This document shows positions 59,679 to 64,000 of a stretch of 64,000 bases of DNA, in pieces; positions within the stretch are counted from its first letter, which is position 1, and every line of letters starts with the position of its first letter. The notes under the pieces were generated by a model. The model was not told where the DNA came from and ran no database searches. It saw only the letters and a program-made list of their open reading frames with translations. Location of the stretch: assembly GCF_009914755.1 (NCBI RefSeq), contig NC_060931.1, one strand, 5' to 3'. The stretch comes from the human T2T-CHM13v2.0 reference genome, Homo sapiens. The translations under genes were made by a program, and so were the position numbers.

Positions 59679-60979
59679 TGGGGGGAACATGAATAGTCTG
59701 CTATTTGGAATATATAAACTCATTTGTTTATTAATAAACTCACTTATTAGACAATGAAAAATGAGAGAACAACCATAACATTTAAATTCTGAACAGCTTT
59801 CAGAGTAATTCATGAGCTACAGTTGAATGCTTTAATCTCCTCAGTTATTCAGAAATGAAAAGTAATAGTTCATTATATGACAAGGGGAACCACCCAGAAA
59901 ATCAGAATTTTAAAAAATGTGCTTAACTTCCTTTCATCTGCTACACCTTCCCTCTGCCATATCCTAAGCCTATACCCAATTAACTTTATTTCATAATAAC
60001 ATTGTTTTAGGATTGACTCATTTCATTACCATATATCCAATTCATGTACATAGATTTAACTACTTTTCTGTCATATGTAACATTTATTTTAAAAATTTAT
60101 GATGTGTATAGAAAGTTATCTCTCAAAACTTAAATATTTCTGATCCTGTTAGAGTAAGTCAACAGCCTTTTATACTTAAAACATGTTTATTGAGCTGATT
60201 TTTATTAACATAGAGGCTTCATTCCAGTAATGTATAGATTTAGATGGTAAACCTTTAAAATTATATGTGGAAATAAATCCCATAAAGATATACTCTCCTA
60301 CTTTTCCCATCTCTCTTTTTGGGGAAAAGGAGTGTTTAGTAGAGTTGGAGAAAGACTTGGATAGAATATTTTCTTTCTCTAAGTCAATGATAAACTGAGA
60401 TTATTTTCATTAGTATCTTAAATGACAAGTGATCATCTTATCCTGAATAACCTTATGACTTATAAAAATGAGAAACAGTAATATATAGTTAATATATAGT
60501 TTATACCTTGATCATTATTTGGGAGACGTCACTGGGTCAAAATTTAGGCAATTTTTTAAGAGAACGTGACTGTTATTGACTTGATTACCATATTCCTTTT
60601 ATTCTTTAGAGATCACTAGGTGCCCGGTGGTTCCAGTAAGAATTCATGATATTCTTTTTTCCTCATTTCACTTTTGGCTCAACATGATAATTGATTGCTT
60701 GTAGTCTTGTTCTTTTTTTGGCTGTAGCAATTTTGTGTAGAGTATTTCATGCAAATGAGTGCATGTTTATGAAAGCCTATTTATTGAAGAAATTTTACTT
60801 TAGGTCACTTAGGATGTAACAAGGGGAAAAAAGAAGGCCTATGTACTCACTTGATGCATTCTAGCATTATTTACTTATCTTAGGACCCAGACATCACAAG
60901 GAAAAGATATTACTTAAGTGATAAGTAACATCATGCTACTCTTTCTATCTTTCTCACTGAATGAAACTAAGTTATACCT

Positions 60980-61479
60980 TGTAATGGTTAATTTTATAAA
61001 TCAACTTGACTGGGCCAAGGGATGCCTATATATCTGGTAGCACATTATGTCTGGGTGTGTCTGTGAGGGTGTTTCTGGAAGAGAGTAGCATTTTAATATG
61101 TAGAGGTAGTAGTCTGAGTAAGGAAGATGACCTTCACCGTGGAGGGTGGGCACCATCCGATTAACTGAGGGCCTGAATAGAACAGAAAGGCCAAGGAAGG
61201 ATAAATTTTCTCTCTGCTCCAGCTGGAACTTCCATTTCTCCTGCTCTTGGACATCAGTGCTTCTGGTTCTCTAGCCTTCAGACACAGCCTGGGACTTATG
61301 CCAGGGGCTCCCCGTCTTAGGCCTTTTGGTGTGGACTGGGAACTACACTTGTGGCTTTTCTGGGCCTTCATCTTGCAGATGGAAAACCATGGGACTTCTT
61401 AGCTTTTATAATCACGTGATCCAATTCCTCATAATTGTTGTGGAGACATATTCTGTTTCTCTAGAGAAACCTTAAAACA
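60980..61479 (+). mobile_element. MLT2 (ERVL) solo LTR
   Basis: tgtaatggttaatttt..tcaacttgactgggccaagggatgcc; TSD tacct/tgcct. Confidence 0.88.
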
Positions 61480-62424
61480 TGCCTGATTCCAGTTCTTAAT
61501 ATTTTTGTCTTACTGTGTCTGATTTTCTCCCTCCCTCTTTTCTTTTTTCCTCTCTTCTTTTACCACTCTCTCTTTCTTCTTTAATCAACTTATATCCTTC
61601 TTCCAGAGAAGAAAAAAAGAAATGGATTCACTTATCAGAAAATGTAAATAAACCAATAAATATAAAAAGAAAAATTGCTATCAAATTGTAAAATGATTTT
61701 CTGCTTGGATTAGGGAGGAGGAGGTATCTGGTTGTGTGAAGTAGGTAGAGGGAGCAGGAAGGTATAATTCCTTCTTAAACAGCTTAAATCAGTCCTCTTC
61801 CAGAGGTACCTAGTCCCCAGAAGATCTGGGGATATCTGTGGTATGGATCAGATAGTTTCTTGGTTTGTCCCCAGTGTTAGCCAGTGATTCAGCTTTTTGA
61901 GGTCTGGTTGATCAGGTATAACTCACGTATTAGCATTCTAACTTCCGACATTTTGTTGCTATTGTCTTCCTCTTGAACTTTCTATCCCTGTAGGTTTATT
62001 CCTTTTTTGAATAGTCTTTAGCTGTCATTTTTTATAGTTTATGGAGGGAGAAGGGCTAAATGTATACCTTTCCTTTCTGATTTTAACTGGAAGTTCTCAT
62101 TCCACTCTTTACAGAAATGTGTGATGTATCTAGTTAGATATAGAAGGAGAGAAAGAAGCAATCTCTAATTACAAAAAATCCCAAGAGAGAGGACATGCCC
62201 TGTGGCCCAATGAAAGTATTTAACTTTACATATACCTATTTGTTCTACACCTCCCTGGAGTGTGATTTGAGCTAAGGGCAGGAATAAAAACTTTGAGTTT
62301 TTCTCGAGAGACACATATATTGCTGGACCCTCAAGCACAAATGTGTAGCGGGCATATGGTATCAGTCTTTCCACAAAATATTTGTACTGAAGAATTATGA
62401 ACATATAACCTGATTTGTTAACTT

Positions 62425-63465
62425 CTTTCTTTTTTGACTAGTGGGCTTTTCAAAATAGAAGTTTTAGGTTTACAGAAAAAGTGATTTGTAAGTACAGAGT
62501 TTCCATTATTCCTTTTCCTCTCCCAACACAGTTTCCCCTATTATTAACACCTTGCATTAGGTACATTTGCTACAATTGATGAACCAATTGTGATACAGTA
62601 TTATTAGCCAAAATCCAGAGATCACATTAGTGTTCATTTTTTGTGTTGTTTTTTTCCGCGGGTTTTGACAAATGTACGATGTCATATATCCACCATTACA
62701 GTATCATACAGAGAAGTTCCCCTCTGCTGTACCAATTCATAACTCTCTCCTCCTTGAGCCCCTGACTTATTGAACCACTGAATTTATTACTGTCTCTGTA
62801 GTTTTGCCTTTTCTTGAGTGTCATATAGTTGGAATACTATATACTGTAACCTCCACCTCCTTGGTTCCAGCAATTCTCCTGCCTCAGCCTCCTGAGTAGC
62901 TGGGACTACAGGCATGCACCACCACACCCAGCTAATTTTTGTATTTGTAGTGGACTACAGGCATGCACCACCACACCCAGCTAATTTTTGTATTTGTAGT
63001 GGACTACAGGCATGCACCACCACACCCAGCTAATTTTTGTATTTGTAGTAGAGACGGGGTTTCACCATGTTGGCCAGGATGGTCTCTATCTCTTGACCTC
63101 GTGATCTGCCCGCCTTTGCCTCCCAAAGTGCTGGGATTACAGACATGAGCCACTGCGCCCGGCCTCTCCTTGTCTTTTTATGGTTTGATAGATCACTTCT
63201 TTTTATTGTTGAATAACATTTCATTATATGGATGCTTCACGGTTTGTTTATCCATTCAGCTGTTGAAGGACATTTTGCTTGTGCCCAAGTTTTTGGCAGT
63301 TATATGTAAAGCTGCTATAAATGTCTCACATTCTTGTGTAGGTGTTTGTGTTTATGTCAGTTCATTTGGATAAATACCTAGAGAGCAATTTTCAGGTTGT
63401 GTAGTAAGGCCATGTGTATCTTTGTAAGAAACTATCAAATTGTCTTCCAAAGTGGCTGTATGTAC
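62425..63465 (-). mobile_element. L1MC-type 3' fragment, interrupted by an Alu
   Basis: ttttaggtttacagaaaaa; gggttttgacaaatgta; gtcatatagttggaat. Confidence 0.85.
62843..63164 (-). mobile_element. AluS lacking its tail, with an internal 3x49-bp tandem array
   Basis: unit ggactacaggcatgcaccaccacacccagctaatttttgtatttgtagt starts at 62903, 62952 and 63001. Confidence 0.93.
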
Positions 63466-64000
63466 ATTAACTTTGTATATTTAAAAAAATCTAGGTTGTT
63501 TCATACAGCAGTGTATATTGCAATCAGTTGTAACTTGTATTTCACTTATCACTGTTTAAACACATACAGTTTCACTGTAAAGGTTTTATGAGTTCAGTAT
63601 TTACTGCTACATTACTACTTAATGTTGCATTGGCCCTAACATTTATAGAAGACAGATTCTAATTAAAAGAAAGTACTGTATACATTTAAAGTAATCACAT
63701 CAGCACAGTTTACTTTCCATATAGTGAAGGAATTCTCAACACCTTAGTAGAAATAAAAATACATAAATGAAGAGCTATGGACTGTGTTCAAGTGATGATG
63801 TTTTATTTGCTTTATATTTCATTTACTCATTCAGTAAACATCAAATAAACACCTATGGTCCTTGATCTTAATGAGTTCTTATATTTCAGTCTCTATGCCT
63901 TAGACCAGTGGTCCTCCATACTCTAGGTTATATTAACATTATTTATAGTAGATATTTTATAATATCATCTTTATATCTTGAAATGAAATACAGAGATAAA

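Noticed and set aside
62903-63049. CRISPR-like array
   Set aside because: Head-to-tail Alu-derived tandem units with no spacers, in eukaryotic DNA.

Overview
AT-rich human genomic DNA; a near-consensus AluYa5 marks it as human. It is intronic or intergenic: I found no convincing coding exon, RNA gene or CpG island, and every ORF in the track is repeat-derived, low-complexity or unsupported. The host gene cannot be identified from sequence alone. Much of the window is interspersed repeat: about 15 Alus, L1MC/MD/ME/MA and L2 fragments, MIRs, MaLR elements (a two-LTR THE1, a two-LTR MST-type element, solo LTRs), ERV1 LTRs (MER4D-like containing MER50, and a MER34/LTR48/49-group LTR), MLT2, Tigger1, MER47, MER94 and a MER85. 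The main unexplained structure is a ~380-bp inverted repeat that I cannot assign to any repeat family (11313-11692 / 12333-12716, 640-bp spacer). Its outer part is ~98% identical and its inner part ~87%, and it sits inside two concentric pairs of oppositely oriented Alus. Other oddities are a five-level transposon nest (35.7-43.6 kb), a 71-bp dispersed duplication, a ~900-bp segment between 16-bp direct repeats that seems to interrupt an L2, a MER85 lacking both TIRs, and a perfect 3x49-bp array inside an Alu. Repeat family names come from recalled consensus sequences, not a database search, and boundaries of old elements are approximate.
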